Shown here piece by piece: positions 1-11,213 of a DNA stretch of 64,000 nucleotides. Source of the DNA: Nitrosopumilaceae archaeon (GTDB taxonomy: Archaea; Thermoproteota; Nitrososphaeria; Nitrososphaerales; Nitrosopumilaceae). Each line of letters opens with the position of its first letter. Position 1 is the stretch's first letter. Below the pieces are notes generated by a model that searched no databases, had not been told where the DNA came from, and worked only from the letters and a program-made list of their open reading frames with translations. The position numbers were made by a program, and so were the translations under genes. The stretch lies in assembly GCA_965214835.1 (NCBI GenBank), contig CBDCCK010000002.1:1440001-1504000 (forward strand), in the 5' to 3' direction.

Positions 1-503
1 TATATCTGAATTTATTCCTAAACCTAACTAAAAAAAACCCAAGGGACATACATGATGAACTGAAACTGCCACGTAGCTCAACATATTATGCAATTGAGAG
101 GCTAGAGTCTCAAAATTTGGTTGAAAGAGCAAATTCCAAAGTCATAATATCAAAAAAACATGGGTTTTTTAGCTGGCTTACAAAATATGTTGAATTATGC
201 CTGTCACATGCAGACGTTACAAAGGAAGTTTTTATCCTATTTGATGTGGTACCAGCATATGTAGATGGCCCTCAGGCATTTTACACAGTAAATTATGAAC
301 CGGGAAGGCCTATGGGGGCCTCAGACATGATAATTAGAACCAATGAGCCATTCATAAGATTTTGGAGATATGTCATAGATAATGTAAGGTATTTTTTTGA
401 TTATCCTAAACGAATCAAAGTATTGCCAATTGAAACAAAAAACGAAATTGTATGGATAGGCAAAACGCCATACAATAAAAATGCAATAGAGGTATCTGGA
501 TGA
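1..503 (+). CDS. 5'-partial winged-HTH protein, putative AbiEi-like antitoxin
   Basis: Frame is open from the window edge (...PRDIHDELKLPRSSTYYAIERLESQNLVER, wHTH-like). Its stop overlaps the next ATG (ATGA), and it precedes an AbiEii-like gene. Confidence 0.55.
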   Translation, partial: YLNLFLNLTKKNPRDIHDELKLPRSSTYYAIERLESQNLVERANSKVIISKKHGFFSWLTKYVELCLSHADVTKEVFILFDVVPAYVDGPQAFYTVNYEPGRPMGASDMIIRTNEPFIRFWRYVIDNVRYFFDYPKRIKVLPIETKNEIVWIGKTPYNKNAIEVSG

Positions 504-1360
504 CAATATTTTATGTTTTCAATGATAAGGAAATAGATCTCAGTAAGCCACAAAAACATGTCAAGGATGAGTTTGTTGATAGTTTTGACAGGCCGGAATT
601 AAGTGCATTTTTGAGATCTGAGTTATGTACATTAGATGTGCTTTTAGCCGTTACACAAATGAATGACGGTTATTACAAGAAAAGATTGGTGTTAAAGGGG
701 GGACATTCGGTCAGGAATTTAGTACCTTTAAAAGATCACAGATTTTCATTTGATGCGGATTTTAACACAAACTCAGTGAAGGGGATCACCTATGGAGATG
801 TTTCAAATATAAAACAAGATCTCTATAGGTTTGGACAGAGTAGAGGATGCACTATCAGGACAAAGATAACACAAGACAGTGTAATGCTGTATTTTTTAGA
901 GGTAGGATATCACAAATTTCTAAACAGGGGGTTGAACATAGTTGAACGACCAAAAATCGAAGTTTGCAAACAATGCAGAACGCACGAAAGACCAATCCTA
1001 AGCCGAATGAATACCATGATTGATCTGGAATTATTAGGAATGGAACCGCCTGAACTGCTCCATCTTGATTTAGAGGAGCAACTAGCTAACAAACTTTTTG
1101 TGATTGGCTCAAGGGGCAGGCAGAGAAACCACTTTGATGCATATGATATATACAGAATATGTAAAAATAACAAAATTGATTGGAATAAGGAAAAAAGAAT
1201 TTTTTCAAATATCATAAAAAGAACTGGCAAGTCACTGTCAGAATATTCATCAGAGTGCATATCGCAATTGGATGCAATAAAAAGAAACGACGGTAAAAGG
1301 ACAAGCTTTCAAAACATCGTATTTGACAACAACTCGTTTGAATTTGATAAACTATACTGA
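500..1360 (+). CDS. AbiEii/AbiGii-family nucleotidyltransferase toxin, C-terminus clipped by IS630
   Basis: LVLKGG, RFSFDADF, EQLANKL and DAYDIY motifs. The stop lies in the IS630 left end; the original tail VDDVKLLYQFKGW* resumes at 2451. Confidence 0.75.
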   Translation: MTIFYVFNDKEIDLSKPQKHVKDEFVDSFDRPELSAFLRSELCTLDVLLAVTQMNDGYYKKRLVLKGGHSVRNLVPLKDHRFSFDADFNTNSVKGITYGDVSNIKQDLYRFGQSRGCTIRTKITQDSVMLYFLEVGYHKFLNRGLNIVERPKIEVCKQCRTHERPILSRMNTMIDLELLGMEPPELLHLDLEEQLANKLFVIGSRGRQRNHFDAYDIYRICKNNKIDWNKEKRIFSNIIKRTGKSLSEYSSECISQLDAIKRNDGKRTSFQNIVFDNNSFEFDKLY

Positions 1361-2448
1361 TGGTCATTGAAAATTTCGCCTGATCACACATCTTGTAAAG
1401 GTTTATAGCTCCCCACCATGTCACTCCCGGCATGAACAAGACGAAAATCCTCACGGATGCCATGCATGTCGAAAAGGATCTCAAGACTCACACCAGAATC
1501 ATGGCGGTGCGCTCCGTACTGCTTGGCAACACCACCGCACATACTGCGGAGATTGCCGACGTGACACAGCGCACCGTACAGATGTGGGTTGAAAGGTTCG
1601 AGCTTGACGGCATCGAGGGCCTCCGTGACTCCCCCAACAGGGGCAAAAAACCAAAGGTTCCGGTCGGCAGGATAAAAAAGATCGCCACGAGGCTGCGCAG
1701 GATGGAAAAGCTCACCCCGAAGAAGCTGTGCAACTGGGTGCGCCACAGGCTGCATGTCACATACAGCGTGGGAAGCATCAGGAGGATCCTGCGCGCGATG
1801 GGGTTTTCGCTAAAGACATCAACTACCAAGCTGGCAGATGCTGCCGACGCAAAAGCTGTAAGACGGTGGCAAAGAGAGGCAAAAACTGCGATAAAGCTTG
1901 CAAAAAGGCGCGGATTTAGGATAACCGTACAGGACGAATCGATATTCGTCAGTACGGGAAGGGACGGCAAAAAGTTCTGGTCGCCCGTGGGGGACAGGAT
2001 CGAGGTGGAACGATCCGGCAGAAGGGAGCGCGTCGTGGTATACGGGACGATTGCAGACGACGGAACCAGGCTGATGCGCACGTACGACAGGTTCAACAGC
2101 GCAAACTTTGTGCATTATCTTAAACAGGCGCACAAAAAGTGGGGAAAGGTCCTGATGGTGATGGACAACGCAGCACAGCACAAGACCAAAAAGGTCCGCA
2201 GATACCTAAAGAAAAATCCCGACGTTGTCTTGCTGTACCTGCCGGTAGCTAGGCCGGAGCTGAGCGCCATAGAGGCAGTCTGGAAGGATGCCAAGTACAG
2301 GCTGGTCACGTCTGCCTTTTACGACACGGTGGATCACCTCAAAAAGGCCGTCTCGGAATACTTTAGGACGTGTTCCATCAGGGTTGACATCTACAAGTAT
2401 CTTGAGCGCAGCTTGTAAGGGAGGCGAAATTTTCAATGGTCATCAGTA
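1355..2448 (+). mobile_element. IS630-family insertion sequence, intact
   Basis: Terminal inverted repeats (TACTGATGGTCATTGAAAATTTCGCCT, 2 mismatches) with a TA duplication in a CTAG target. Confidence 0.92.
1432..2418 (+). CDS. IS630-family transposase
   Basis: N-terminal HTH plus DDE motifs QDES, VMDNAAQH and PELSAIEAVW. Confidence 0.93.
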   Translation: MNKTKILTDAMHVEKDLKTHTRIMAVRSVLLGNTTAHTAEIADVTQRTVQMWVERFELDGIEGLRDSPNRGKKPKVPVGRIKKIATRLRRMEKLTPKKLCNWVRHRLHVTYSVGSIRRILRAMGFSLKTSTTKLADAADAKAVRRWQREAKTAIKLAKRRGFRITVQDESIFVSTGRDGKKFWSPVGDRIEVERSGRRERVVVYGTIADDGTRLMRTYDRFNSANFVHYLKQAHKKWGKVLMVMDNAAQHKTKKVRRYLKKNPDVVLLYLPVARPELSAIEAVWKDAKYRLVTSAFYDTVDHLKKAVSEYFRTCSIRVDIYKYLERSL

Positions 2449-2554
2449 TAGTTGACGATGTGAAATTACTGTACCAGTTTAAAGGCTGGTAGCTTGCTCG
2501 TATTATTATAAATTTGCAAATAACGGTTCTGTGTAATCTTGGACACCTGAGATA

Positions 2555-2720
2555 GGGGTTGTCGCCTAATTCACTTCAGGCCGCCTCCGCCGGGTGTTTG
2601 CCTTTCTGAGCCGGCACGTCAGCCTGTGGCCTTCTGCCTCCTCTGCACCGAAGATGCCCTCGATCAGCGAGCGCATCTTGTAGGCCTTGCCGTCAAACAT
2701 CTCGGCCGCCTCTTTCCTGA
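2555..2720 (-). pseudogene. Transposase C-terminal remnant with one IS end (IS5/IS4-like)
   Basis: Minus strand reads ...FDGKAYKMRSLIEGIFG.... The end GGGGTTGTCGCCTAATTC matches the TIR of the MITE at 14003-14132. Confidence 0.55.
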
Positions 2721-2752
2721 GAGTTGATTCGAAATTAGTAAACGTGGATCAT

Positions 2753-2865
2753 GTAACAGATCATGATTCTGAAGATCAGCCGTGGTTTTGATTCTGAAAT
2801 ACAGGATGTCTTGGATGTAAATCATGCCTAGAATTACAAATCACCTTACAAACACGATCTGTTAC
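2753..2865. mobile_element. IS66-type MITE (~113 bp), degenerate
   Basis: GTAACAGATCATG...CACGATCTGTTAC inverted ends; interior resembles the reverse complement of the MITE at 58727-58837. No TSD visible. Confidence 0.55.
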
Positions 2866-2903
2866 GAAAGATCGGATATGCGGCTGACTGTACCTGAACC
2901 GTT

Positions 2904-4485
2904 TCAAACGATTCTCAGCTTGAAGACAATCACGCGCCTGTTTTGCCCCTTGGAGTTTGGCCGCATCTCCGTGTGATGAGATACATATTCCAGTCTGTGC
3001 CGGTAAACGAGCCGGTTGGGCCACGGCTTTTCGAAATACAACAACTTAAACCCATTAGATTTTGCATATCTGATGCTCTTGTTGTTTCTTTTCATTTCTT
3101 GGTTATACTCTCCCTCTCCCTCATAATCCACAAACCCATTCTTTTCATCTACGCGATCATCGTATCCTCCCATCTTAGCTGAAAAGTAGGATTTAATCAA
3201 GATGACAACCTTGTTCTCATTGGACGGGCGTATTCCGCCGGAGTTTCTGACATTGAATCTCTTGTACAGCTGTTTTTCCGTAAATTCCTCACCGATGCGT
3301 GGAATGATGGAATTTCTGGTATTGTCTGGTGCGCCGCTTGATGGCTGCTTGGACTGGATGTTGACTCTGTCGTCTTTAGGTACAACGACACCTTGATTCC
3401 TCATCTTCTGTGTAGGTATAGCTTTACCGGGTTTATCCAAAACACCGTATTGCTCTAGCAGATCCTCCACTGGCATGTTGATTATGGCATCGGCTGGATC
3501 CTCTCCCTCATCGTCTGCCTCACCGTAGTCCAAATCAGCATCTCCCTCATCGTCTGCCTCACCGTAGTCCAACTCTTCCTCTTCCTCTTCCTCTTCCTCT
3601 TCCTCTTCCTCTTCCTCTTCCTCTTCCTCTTCCTCTTCCTCTTCCTCTTCCTCTTCCTCTTCCTCTTCCTCTTCCTCTTCCTCTTCCTCTTCCTCTTCCT
3701 CTTCCTCTTCCTCTTCCTCTTCCTCTTCCTCACCTCGGAAAATTCTCTGCAGATATTTTTGCTCCTCTAAGTCCAACTCGGCCTCTTCCTCACCGTAGTC
3801 CAACTCGGCATCCGTGGCGGCTTTATCATGAGGGTCATGATCATTATCGTTACCGATTACGCCGTTAGCTGAGATGATGTATTCCATTAATCCGTCTCTG
3901 TCCACCAGTTTTATTCCTGTGCTTTGTGCCTGGTTATGCGCGGCAGACGTGAACCATGAGTTTGTTATTACCCATCCCTCGTCTGCACGGTAATGCGCCA
4001 TGCTGGCATAAACTTCCTGTACTGCCTTGTTTCCTATATTACTTGAGTGTCTTTTTGTCTGCACTGCTATCCTTTTGCCGTCTTTTTCCATAACAAGATC
4101 AGCCCCGTAATCCCCTGTCGCAGACGTAATACTTACATTGTAACCTAACACATTAAACACGATCTGTAATAGCTCTTCAAATTCTGAACCCGTCATAGAA
4201 TCCATGTATTTTGCGCCAAACCGTACCAGTGCATCATCTCTCTTCTTCCTCTCCCTTCTTTCCCTCCTCTCCTGTCTACGCCGAATTGAAATCTCACGCT
4301 GTTCCTTCATCCGCTTCTTGGCACTATCGTAGATATACAGCCCTGCCAGAAACATGAGAAAGGAGAACAGCCAGATCCAGAAACCCGTCAAAAACCCTTG
4401 GTTGCTGGCAACATACACGGATAATATCCAGACTAGTACGGATGCGACTATCATCGTCTCTCCCACGTTCTTTTCGGTGTTGTCT

Positions 4486-4493
<8 letters not shown>
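2904..4493 (-). CDS. Membrane-anchored Mrr-like restriction endonuclease with poly-Glu linker and C-terminal SRA-like domain
   Basis: Two N-terminal hydrophobic helices; Mrr_cat motifs EFEELL, GDYGADLV, AVQTKR, ITNSWFT; 53-Glu tract; C-terminus SGGIRPS...YDDR...YEGEG...NNKSI resembles ScoMcrA-type SRA domains. Confidence 0.8.
3573..3731 (-). repeat. (GAGGAA)~26 in-frame hexamer repeat encoding poly-Glu
   Basis: Uninterrupted CTCTTC repeats on the + strand, 159 bp. Confidence 0.97.
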
Positions 4494-5132
<639 letters not shown>

Positions 5133-5156
5133 CTTAGTTTGTTGCAACAAACTACT

Positions 5157-5303
5157 TCATCTTACCCTTTTTTTATTCCAGTATGGGGAATTACATCCCC
5201 TACAGTTTCCGGGCAACTTATTCTGGGTGGTCCACGTGTGATTGCATCTTTCGCAGGTATGTTTCCACATTGTTACTGTAACTGGTTTGTTCACAGAGTG
5301 CAT
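5157..5303 (-). CDS. 48-aa zinc-ribbon protein (not in ORF track)
   Basis: MHSVNKPVTVTMWKHTCERCNHTWTTQNKLPGNCRGCNSPYWNKKRVR*: CxxCxHxW...CxxCxSPYW pattern. Confidence 0.7.
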   Translation of the reverse strand: MHSVNKPVTVTMWKHTCERCNHTWTTQNKLPGNCRGCNSPYWNKKRVR

Positions 5304-5375
5304 GCTAAACAATCCAGTTATATAGTTTGTCCTATATAGTGATAACTATATATGAAATGGACACTATAGTATAGC

Positions 5376-6478
5376 ATGAACGCAAGAATGCAAAGAGCAA
5401 GGCAGATCATGGAAACTCCCGGCCACGCTACTCAGATTATCGGCACCAATAACTTCAGGGTCAGATCGCAGTCCGATCCATCCAAGTTCTACACCGTATC
5501 CCGGACCGGCAACGGACTGGTCTGCGAGTGTCCGGACCACCGGAACAGAAGAGCAGACTGCAAACACATCAAAGTAGTACTGGATCTTGCCAGAAAGAAC
5601 GTTTTTGGCCACAATGGATTCAGGATAATGCAAAGGTCAAAGCTCAGATTGTGCAAGTTCTGTGATTCGGGCAACATCATCAAGAAGGGATTCAAGAAGA
5701 ACAAGTCTGGTAGTTTACAGAGATTCAGGTGCAAGGGCTGTAAAAGGGAGTTCACTACAAACTTTGGATTTGAGAAGAAACAATATGACGAGAACGTCAT
5801 AACCGGAGCATTGCAGATGTACTATACGGGAATGTCGGTACGGGATATCGCAGACCATTATGAGATGATGGGAACCGACGTGTCCTTCAAGACCATATAC
5901 AACTGGGTTGACGAATATTCCAAGCTTGCGGCCAGATACCTCAACGGTATAGTTCCGTGAGTCGGCAGCTGGTTCCGTGCCAACGAGGTGTGGGTAAAGA
6001 TATCCGGAAAACAGTGCTATCTGTTCGCCTCGATGGACGATGATACCCGCTACTGGCTGGCCTCCGACCTGGCAGATAACAAATTCCAGCACAATGCGGA
6101 CAGCCTGTTACAGCTGACAAAATCACAGGCGGAAAATCCCCAAGGAACTTCATCACGGACGGCCTGCCAGCCCATGCCAAGTCCTCAAGGAGAATATTCG
6201 GAAAGAGTACAAACCACGTGAAGCACATCCATCTGGCAGGAAAAAGAGACCGGGACAATAACAACAAGATGGAGAGACTCAATGGTGAGATCAGAGACCG
6301 TGAGAAGGTGTTCCGTGGCCTCAAAAAGACGGACACCGCCATACTTGACGGCATGAGGGTCTACTATAATTATACAAAAAAGCACGGTGCACTGGACGGC
6401 CAGACCCCGGCAGAATCGGCCCTGATAAGCATGGACGGTACAAACAAGTGGAAGACGATAATCCAGAACGCGGCCTGA
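5376..6478 (+). pseudogene. IS6-like DDE transposase with N-terminal SWIM zinc finger, disrupted
   Basis: CECPDH...CKH (SWIM), CxxC ribbon, HTH, WVKISGKQCYLFASMDDDTRY and NNKMERLNG. Stop at 5960 and a frameshift near 6130. Confidence 0.8.
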
Positions 6479-6684
6479 GCAAGGACTCTGTCTAGGCACA
6501 AACCTTCAATCCGGAGAGGATCCACATCTTAGGTGTCCAAGATTACACAGAACCGCAAAAACCCGTAGACGGAAATGTAACCTCCCGGAAGCCATCCTGA
6601 TCCTACGGCGGGCCGGCAAACCCGTATTCTGCAAGGTTTCTGGCCGCCATGATAAGCGTGCCTGCGACCAGCAGCAGCGTAAAA

Positions 6685-6777
6685 GTACGAGGTCACCTAC
6701 CATCATCAGTTAGGCATGAATTAGCATGAATGATTGTGATCCTCGTGCCTAGCTAGCAAGGGGACGTGACCACATAC
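6685..6777 (+). mobile_element. MITE-93 family copy
   Basis: GTACGAGGTCAC...GTGACCACATAC ends with 8-bp TSD GCGTAAAA. Confidence 0.9.
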
Positions 6778-7036
6778 GCGTAAAATCCCTTTTCTTGCAC
6801 AAGTCAACGTGCCTCTTTGTGCACCTGAAGAACCAGCCTCCTCTCCACGGCCGTGATCTTGTACTGCCTTCGTTCGGGACGTTTGGTCGCGCGTATCGTA
6901 CCGGTCTTGCGTAACTCTGCATAAGGCTGCTGGATGCGCCGTTTGGTCACGCCAAGCTCTTCGGCCACTGCCACAGCCGATCTTCCCAGGACAGGCGGAC
7001 ATAATTTTCATATAATGCAGGACTGCATCCATTATA

Positions 7037-8533
7037 GTGACATCGCTTACGTTTTACGGGGGAGTCGACGAGATCGGCGGCAACAAGATACTCGTCGAGG
7101 ACAAGGGGACCCGGGTGTTCCTCGACTTTGGGATGCAGATGGGCAAGGTGAACAAGTACTTTGCAGAGTTTGCCAACCCCAGAAAGCTTGCAGGCATGGG
7201 GGACATGTTCGAGTTCAACCTGCTGCCTGACATCAAGGGAATATACCGCAGGGACTATTCCAGGCACATGGGATACGGGGATCACGACCAGGAGACGTCG
7301 ATAGACGGGGTTCTGCTGTCCCATGCCCACGTTGACCACTGCGCCTACATACACTACCTGAGGCCGGAGATCCCCGTGTACTGCTCGGACGCAAGCAAGC
7401 TGATAATGCAGTGCTTCCAGGACACGGGTGGGGGCGAGGAGTACATCACGTACAAGGAGGACTTCAGGACGTACAAGAACAGCAGGGGAGGGATAAGCAG
7501 GGCAAATAAGAGCCCCAACAGGGAAGAGGTTGCGAGGAAGATCAAGATCATCAACCCCTCAAAGCCGCTTAAACTGGACTCGATCTCCGTAGAATCCGTC
7601 CCCATAGATCACTCGCTGCCGGGCGTCTACGGGTTCCTAATCCACACGTCCGAAGGCAGTATAGGATACACGGCAGACATCAGATTCCACGGGAGGCGGC
7701 GCCGATACAGCCAGAAATTCGTGGACAAGTGTGGTGCCGAGGGTTTGGACTATCTGTTGTGTGAAGGCACTAGGATAGACAAGAGTGACAGCAACACCGA
7801 GCTTGACGTAGAGAAGAGCGTGACCGACGTGATCAATGGAACGGAGAACCTAGTAGTATGCACTTACCCTACTAGGGATCTTGATAGGCTCCTATCGTTT
7901 TACATCTCGGCCAAGGCCACGGGGCGCGACCTGGTAATCGACACCAAGCAGGCCTACCTGTTAAAGCTGTTCCAGACCTCAGACGAGTGGAAAAGCGAGT
8001 ACCCTGCACCTACGGATCCCAACATCAGGGTGTTCATGTCCAGAAAATCGTGGGGACTGCTGGACAAGGACAGGAATGTCTGGCCGGAGAGCCAGGTCCA
8101 GAAAGACTACAAGGGGTGGGAGCGCGAATTCCTGGACTATCCAAACTATGTGGATTACAGGGACGTCAGAAAGGATCAGAGGAGGTTCATCTTCTACTGC
8201 TCGGACTTTCAGCTGCAGAATTTGATCGACGTGAGGCCGGAGGAGGGATCTAGCTATGTCCGATCGTCCACGGAGCCGTTCAACGACGAGATGGAGATTG
8301 ACCAAGAGCGCGTCAAACAATGGCTGGTTCACTTTGGACTGCTCTCTGAGGACAAAAAGTGGACGACCGCCCACGTCTCGGGACACGGCACGCGTGACCA
8401 GATCAAGGACGTCATCGACGGCTCCTCGCCGGATAAGCTGATCCCGATTCATACGGAGAAAGCCGATGAGTTTAACAAACTGCACGGCAATATCGAACCG
8501 GTCAGTCTCAATAAGAGGCTCGAGATCGACTGA
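7037..8533 (+). CDS. MBL-fold/beta-CASP hydrolase, RNase J-like
   Basis: GGVDEIGGNK, SHAHVDH, DHS, HVSGH and PIHTE motifs. Confidence 0.88.
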   Translation: MTSLTFYGGVDEIGGNKILVEDKGTRVFLDFGMQMGKVNKYFAEFANPRKLAGMGDMFEFNLLPDIKGIYRRDYSRHMGYGDHDQETSIDGVLLSHAHVDHCAYIHYLRPEIPVYCSDASKLIMQCFQDTGGGEEYITYKEDFRTYKNSRGGISRANKSPNREEVARKIKIINPSKPLKLDSISVESVPIDHSLPGVYGFLIHTSEGSIGYTADIRFHGRRRRYSQKFVDKCGAEGLDYLLCEGTRIDKSDSNTELDVEKSVTDVINGTENLVVCTYPTRDLDRLLSFYISAKATGRDLVIDTKQAYLLKLFQTSDEWKSEYPAPTDPNIRVFMSRKSWGLLDKDRNVWPESQVQKDYKGWEREFLDYPNYVDYRDVRKDQRRFIFYCSDFQLQNLIDVRPEEGSSYVRSSTEPFNDEMEIDQERVKQWLVHFGLLSEDKKWTTAHVSGHGTRDQIKDVIDGSSPDKLIPIHTEKADEFNKLHGNIEPVSLNKRLEID

Positions 8534-8697
8534 GCAGGATCCGGCCGGTGCGACTTGCGCCCCAGAGGCGGCAATACGTGCAGTGCATCATGCCTTTTGA
8601 TGATCAAAGACATTCAACCGCCACCAGTCTTGTATTGCAAAGAAGACTGCCTGACCATTACTCCGGATAAAACCAAGTCGTCTCCTGAAATTTACAG

Positions 8698-9096
8698 CTA
8701 GTGTAAAACCTGAATAAAGTCTATTCCTTCGTTTTTATCGGGTCTTTCAAGCTGCGTTTTATACTTGTCTAGAACATAGTGTCGCAAGACACCGTCCCTC
8801 ATCGCGTTTTGCCTGTGGGCCTTTTGAATGTCAACATCCAAGAACACAACGTTTACCTTTGCCCCGTATCTTTTTGCCACGGAGATGTGTCTTTGGCGTA
8901 TTTCTGCAGTCAGGTTCGTGTCATCTATCACTATGTTGTTTCCCCTCCTAAGCTCGTCTTCAATCATCCGGTCTTCTATCTTTCTATTGGAATTCTTTAT
9001 CTCATCAAGGGAGATTCGAACGTGTCTGGGTAGCGCCATCTTGCACCAGGTGGTTTTTCCGCTTGCCGGAATCCCCACCATCATCACCATCTCCAT
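8698..9096 (-). CDS. P-loop kinase (AAA_33 / polynucleotide-kinase-like)
   Basis: GIPASGKTT Walker A, VIDDTN and RxxxR lid. Start placed at MEMVMMVG. Confidence 0.8.
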   Translation of the reverse strand: MEMVMMVGIPASGKTTWCKMALPRHVRISLDEIKNSNRKIEDRMIEDELRRGNNIVIDDTNLTAEIRQRHISVAKRYGAKVNVVFLDVDIQKAHRQNAMRDGVLRHYVLDKYKTQLERPDKNEGIDFIQVLH

Positions 9097-9417
9097 CAGG
9101 GTAGGTCGCACCAGGTGATAGAAAATGTTTGCCAAGCAGAGTGGCGGCCGCCTCAGATCATCCACGGTTCCACAAGATCTTCTGCCACCAGCTTTGCATG
9201 CTCTCATTTCGTTCTTTTTAGCTTATCAATTATCCCCGAACGACGAATCCCCCCTTCTGGATAAGAGGCGGTTCGCTGGAGGACATTGGGGGCCTGCCGC
9301 CTCCGGCGGAGACATCCAAGGCAGTCAAGAGACAGCTGTTCCTGCACTTGTCCCCGCAGACGATCTGACTGCAAATCCTGCAAAAAACCCGGGATCCTTT
9401 TTCTGAAAAAGACAAGT

Positions 9418-10833
9418 CAGTAGTTCCTCGATGTACTTTTGCAGGCACGATAATTACGCAATTTGCCGAGATTTTTTGACCATCATACTATAGATCAGGC
9501 GGTGTGCCAACCATCATCATGTCAGTAACACAAAACGACGTGTTTGCACACCAGTTTGACATAACATCGAGACAGTTTAAAACATTGCGACGGCGGTTTC
9601 CCAAGCTCGGGCTGGCCGTCTCAAAGAGTCGCAACGCAGTGTATGACCACATCGACGCACTGCGCGTTCTATATTTCATGTCTGAGAGGAGGATGTTTGC
9701 AGAATCTGCCGTGACGCACCTTCGCAGGCGGGCCTCAAAATGCAGCAGGCAGCAGCATGACGACGGGGCTGCCTCCAAGGGCGGCGCGTATAGTTGCCGT
9801 ACGCCTAGTCCGGACTGGATCCTAAAGGCGATCCGGGGCGTCAGCCTGGATGATGCGCAAAAGTGGTGCAGCTCCATGCTGCAGCATACGGTAAGGTGCG
9901 CCCGCAGGTCAGGCATGCTGCACAACACGGACGTCGTGGCAGTGGACGTTACCGACGTGGAATACTATGGCAAGGGCCTGGAGGATATCACCAGAAAGTC
10001 AAAGCCCAAGAACGGCACGTCGACGTTTCTCTCGCACATTACCATGCACGGAATAGGATCAGATGACGGGTCTGACCTCGTGCTTTCCTCGCTACAGCTT
10101 CCAAAAGAGGCAAAACTGGCTGATTTCGTGCCTAAAATGATCCGCAAGGCGTCCAGATCAGGGATGAGGATCAAGACGTTCCTGTATGACCGCGGGTTCT
10201 TTAACGTGGACTGCATGAGGGCTGCAGAAACAAGCACGGGCAGCTACATCATGCCTGCCGTCAAGAACAGGAGGATAGTGGCGGCAATAGAGGAGCATGA
10301 CCGCGGAGAACGCGGTGCGGTATCAAAATATACAATGACCAACAAGGACGGCAAGAGCGCCACATTCAGGCTAGTCATTGTGGAAAAGGACGAGGTAGAA
10401 AAGGACGGCACGGCAGCAGCAAAGAAGGACAAGGTAGAGGAGACCATAGCCGACAGGTATCTGGTCTTTGCCACCAACATGTCTGCTAAAAGTGCAGAGG
10501 CAGTCATTGAGCAGATACCGGAGGAGTACCGCAGTCGGTGGGGAATCGAGACCGGGTTCAGGGTGATCAAGGGGATAATGGGCAAGACGTGCAGCAATTC
10601 CCCGGTCGTCAGGCTGCTGCTGTTCTATATGTCTGTCATACTGTACAACCTGTGGAGGACTGCCGTGTTCATAGACGTGGAATCCAAGTGGGACGGATTT
10701 GCAGGAGGGAAGGGGTTTACCATGATGCTGTTTGTCGCGTGCATTGTCGATGCGGCCGACTCGTTTGTAAACGATCGCGGAAAGTAGCGGAGGTGCCGTG
10801 TCGGGTCTGCAAAAGTACATCTAGGAAGTACTG
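9418..10833 (+). mobile_element. ISH3-like (IS4 superfamily) insertion sequence
   Basis: 27-bp TIRs CAGTAGTTCCTCGATGTACTTTTGCAG (2 mismatches) and 4-bp TSD AAGT; near-identical copy at 62729. Confidence 0.88.
9504..10787 (+). CDS. ISH3/IS4-like DDE transposase
   Basis: AVDVTDVEYYG, YDRGFF and YRSRWGIETGFRVIK motifs. Confidence 0.9.
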   Translation: MPTIIMSVTQNDVFAHQFDITSRQFKTLRRRFPKLGLAVSKSRNAVYDHIDALRVLYFMSERRMFAESAVTHLRRRASKCSRQQHDDGAASKGGAYSCRTPSPDWILKAIRGVSLDDAQKWCSSMLQHTVRCARRSGMLHNTDVVAVDVTDVEYYGKGLEDITRKSKPKNGTSTFLSHITMHGIGSDDGSDLVLSSLQLPKEAKLADFVPKMIRKASRSGMRIKTFLYDRGFFNVDCMRAAETSTGSYIMPAVKNRRIVAAIEEHDRGERGAVSKYTMTNKDGKSATFRLVIVEKDEVEKDGTAAAKKDKVEETIADRYLVFATNMSAKSAEAVIEQIPEEYRSRWGIETGFRVIKGIMGKTCSNSPVVRLLLFYMSVILYNLWRTAVFIDVESKWDGFAGGKGFTMMLFVACIVDAADSFVNDRGK

Positions 10834-10954
10834 AAGTGGCTGCTGGGCTCCTGCCTGGGCCAATAATGGCAGGTTTTGAGCCGCCTCTGCCGTATCTGTA
10901 CAGCCAGGCAAGGGCTGGGCAATTTTGATATACAGCGTCTCTCCAACCGAATGC

Positions 10955-11194
10955 ATGGCAACAGCTTATGTTTTAATAAACTGTGAACTGGGCTCCGAGG
11001 AGGCAATCATCCAGCAGTTAAAGGGTCTTGAGGGCGTCAGGGAGGTTCATGGAACCTTTGGCGCATACGACATCCTGGCCAAAATCGAGTCCGATACGGT
11101 TGAAAAACTCCGAGAGACCATCACCTGGAAGATCAGAAAGATCGAAAAGATCCGCTCAACTCTGACCCTGATGGGCATCGAGGGCCAGACATAA
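10955..11194 (+). CDS. Lrp/AsnC ligand-binding (RAM) domain protein
   Basis: MATAYVLINC...VHGTFGAYDILAKI...IRSTLTL. Confidence 0.9.
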   Translation: MATAYVLINCELGSEEAIIQQLKGLEGVREVHGTFGAYDILAKIESDTVEKLRETITWKIRKIEKIRSTLTLMGIEGQT

Positions 11195-11213
11195 CCACCC
11201 CCTTTTTCTTGTC

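Noticed and set aside
3482-3733. Poly-RK ORF
   Set aside because: Alternative frame of the poly-Glu hexamer repeat.
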